From: Chiloscyllium plagiosum
Lineage: Eukaryota
Direction: 5' to 3'
Length of the DNA: 64,000 nt
Assembly: GCF_004010195.1 (NCBI RefSeq)
Contig: NC_057731.1
Span: 13,044,145 to 13,108,144 of the forward strand
Shown piece by piece: positions 62,756 through 64,000 of this stretch. How positions within the stretch are numbered: the first letter of the stretch is position 1; each line of letters begins with the position of its first letter. The notes under the pieces were generated by a model. That model did no database searches, was not told where the DNA came from, and was given only the letters and a program-made list of their open reading frames with translations. The translations under genes were made by a program, and so were the position numbers.

Positions 62756-63102
62756 GAATCCCCTCCTGTGTGGAAATAGGCCCTTTGGCCCAACAATCCA
62801 CACCGACCCTCCGAAGGGTATCCCACCCAGACCCATTCCCCTATTACTCTGCATTTTCCTCTAACCTACACATCCCTGAACAATATGGGCAATTTAGCAT
62901 GACCAATTCATCTGGCCTGCAGACTTTGGGTTGTGGGAGGAAACCTGCGCACCCAGAGGAAACCTGCGCACCCAGAGGAAACCCACACAGACATGGGGAG
63001 AACATGCAAACTCCGCACGGACAGATGCCTAAGGGTGGAATCGAACCTGGGTCCCTGACGCTGTAAGGCAGCAGTGCTAACCACTGAGCCACTGTGCCAC
63101 GC
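62756..63102 (-). mobile_element. HE1 SINE
   Basis: Reverse complement of head, core and tail; internal 19-bp duplication gaggaaacctgcgcaccca. Confidence 0.9.
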
Positions 63103-63136
63103 TGTCATGGTGCATTTCTGCAATTGCTGAATCACT

Positions 63137-63412
63137 TTTTAGTTTCAATTCCCTGTCATTCCGTGTCATTTCATGCCTCATGTCACTATCAAGGAGTCTG
63201 CATCTGAAAGATGTGTAGGGTGTGGTTGGTGTCTGTGTATCAGAGATATAAATATGTGTGGACATCCAGCTCCTCAGACAGATTAGAAGGGTGTGGTTGG
63301 TGTGTTTATATTTGTAGCTTTGGAAACTGAGTATCCTTTATTCTGATCACCCAGCTCCTCAGGCAATAGTAGGAAACGAAAACAAACAGCTGGGGTATCC
63401 TCTGAGATCACC
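63137..63412 (+). promoter_or_regulatory. Putative interferon-responsive promoter/5' UTR of a downstream gene
   Basis: AGTTTCAATTCC (63141), GGAAACTGAG (63322), GGAAACGAAAAC (63372-63383), TATAAA-like (63247) and duplicated GGGTGTGG boxes. Confidence 0.5.
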
Positions 63413-63417
63413 ATGAG
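63413..63417 (+). CDS. Probable exon 1 (ATG AG) of a fourth IFIT gene whose exon 2 lies beyond the window
   Basis: caccATGAG|GTAAGT: Kozak-like context, perfect donor, exact IFIT exon-1 phase (Met-Ser). Confidence 0.65.
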
Positions 63418-63824
63418 GTAAGTGAGATATTCATGTGTCCGTACCATGTATGGTATAATCAGCTGGAGCTCAGTGTTCTCCCTCCTGTCTCTGAATTGTG
63501 AGTATCTTTTCCTAGTTTCAGGCTCATTTGCACATTCAGGAAGCATTTTCATGTGATTCATGTTAGAAAAACATAAATCCGCTGTAAGACAGAATGACAC
63601 ACATTCTTACCAATCAACTCACCATTAGAAACTGATTTGAAGTTAAGAAAGGAATTCAGTAAGTTTCCAGCTGATCTGTGTTATGAGGTAGAATTGTTAG
63701 AATTTCAATAGTACTTAAATTTACATTGAGACAATTGAATAAGGAACTTGTTTTCTGACAGCAATCATTACAGAGAAATTGAATTCCATAGAGCTGGGAT
63801 TGTTATTTTGATTTCTTCTTGGGA

Positions 63825-64000
63825 TGCCAGCATCATTAGCTGGGCAAACATTTATTGCCCCTCTCAATTCCCATTGTGGTGGTGATGGTACAGCACCTCT
63901 TTATCTGCTATGTGCTGTAGTTACACCCATAGTGCTTTTACACCCATATGCTATTATGGAGGGCGCTCCAGGATTTTGGCATGGCCACAGTGAAGGAATG
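63825..64000 (-). mobile_element. LINE family B 3' end
   Basis: acatttattgccc..gtggtggtga..ctccaggatttt..cagtgaaggaa. Confidence 0.65.

Overview
Vertebrate genomic DNA, very probably from a shark (HE1-type tRNA SINEs, HER1/CR1 LINEs and the Penelope-like families typical of elasmobranch assemblies), with two N-gaps (8794-9544, 14209-14670). The main content is a tandem cluster of three intact, same-strand IFIT (IFIT5-like) interferon-stimulated TPR genes. Each has a 1441-nt coding exon 2 (20322-21762, 31036-32476, 49672-51112) behind an identical acceptor. I locate the 5-nt coding exon 1 for copy 2 (ATGTG|gtaaga, 30685) and copy 3 (ATGAA|gtaaga, 47394). There is also a dead paralogous exon-1/promoter module (about 52.3-53.15 kb), a relic IFIT exon-2 fragment inside the predicted intron of copy 3, and a probable exon 1 of a fourth IFIT gene (63413). 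The paralogs are about 95% identical over the first ~335 aa but only about 48% identical in an 80-aa C-terminal patch, while their flanks are old and diverged. This suggests gene conversion plus diversifying selection. The rest is mostly transposon-derived: CR1/HER1, a second CR1/L2-group LINE, Rex1/Babar, Tx1, Gypsy, Harbinger remnants, and many Penelope-like fragments, including fold-back insertions with 13-17 bp target-site duplications and minimal hammerhead ribozyme cores. All alignments were done by eye; repeat boundaries are approximate.
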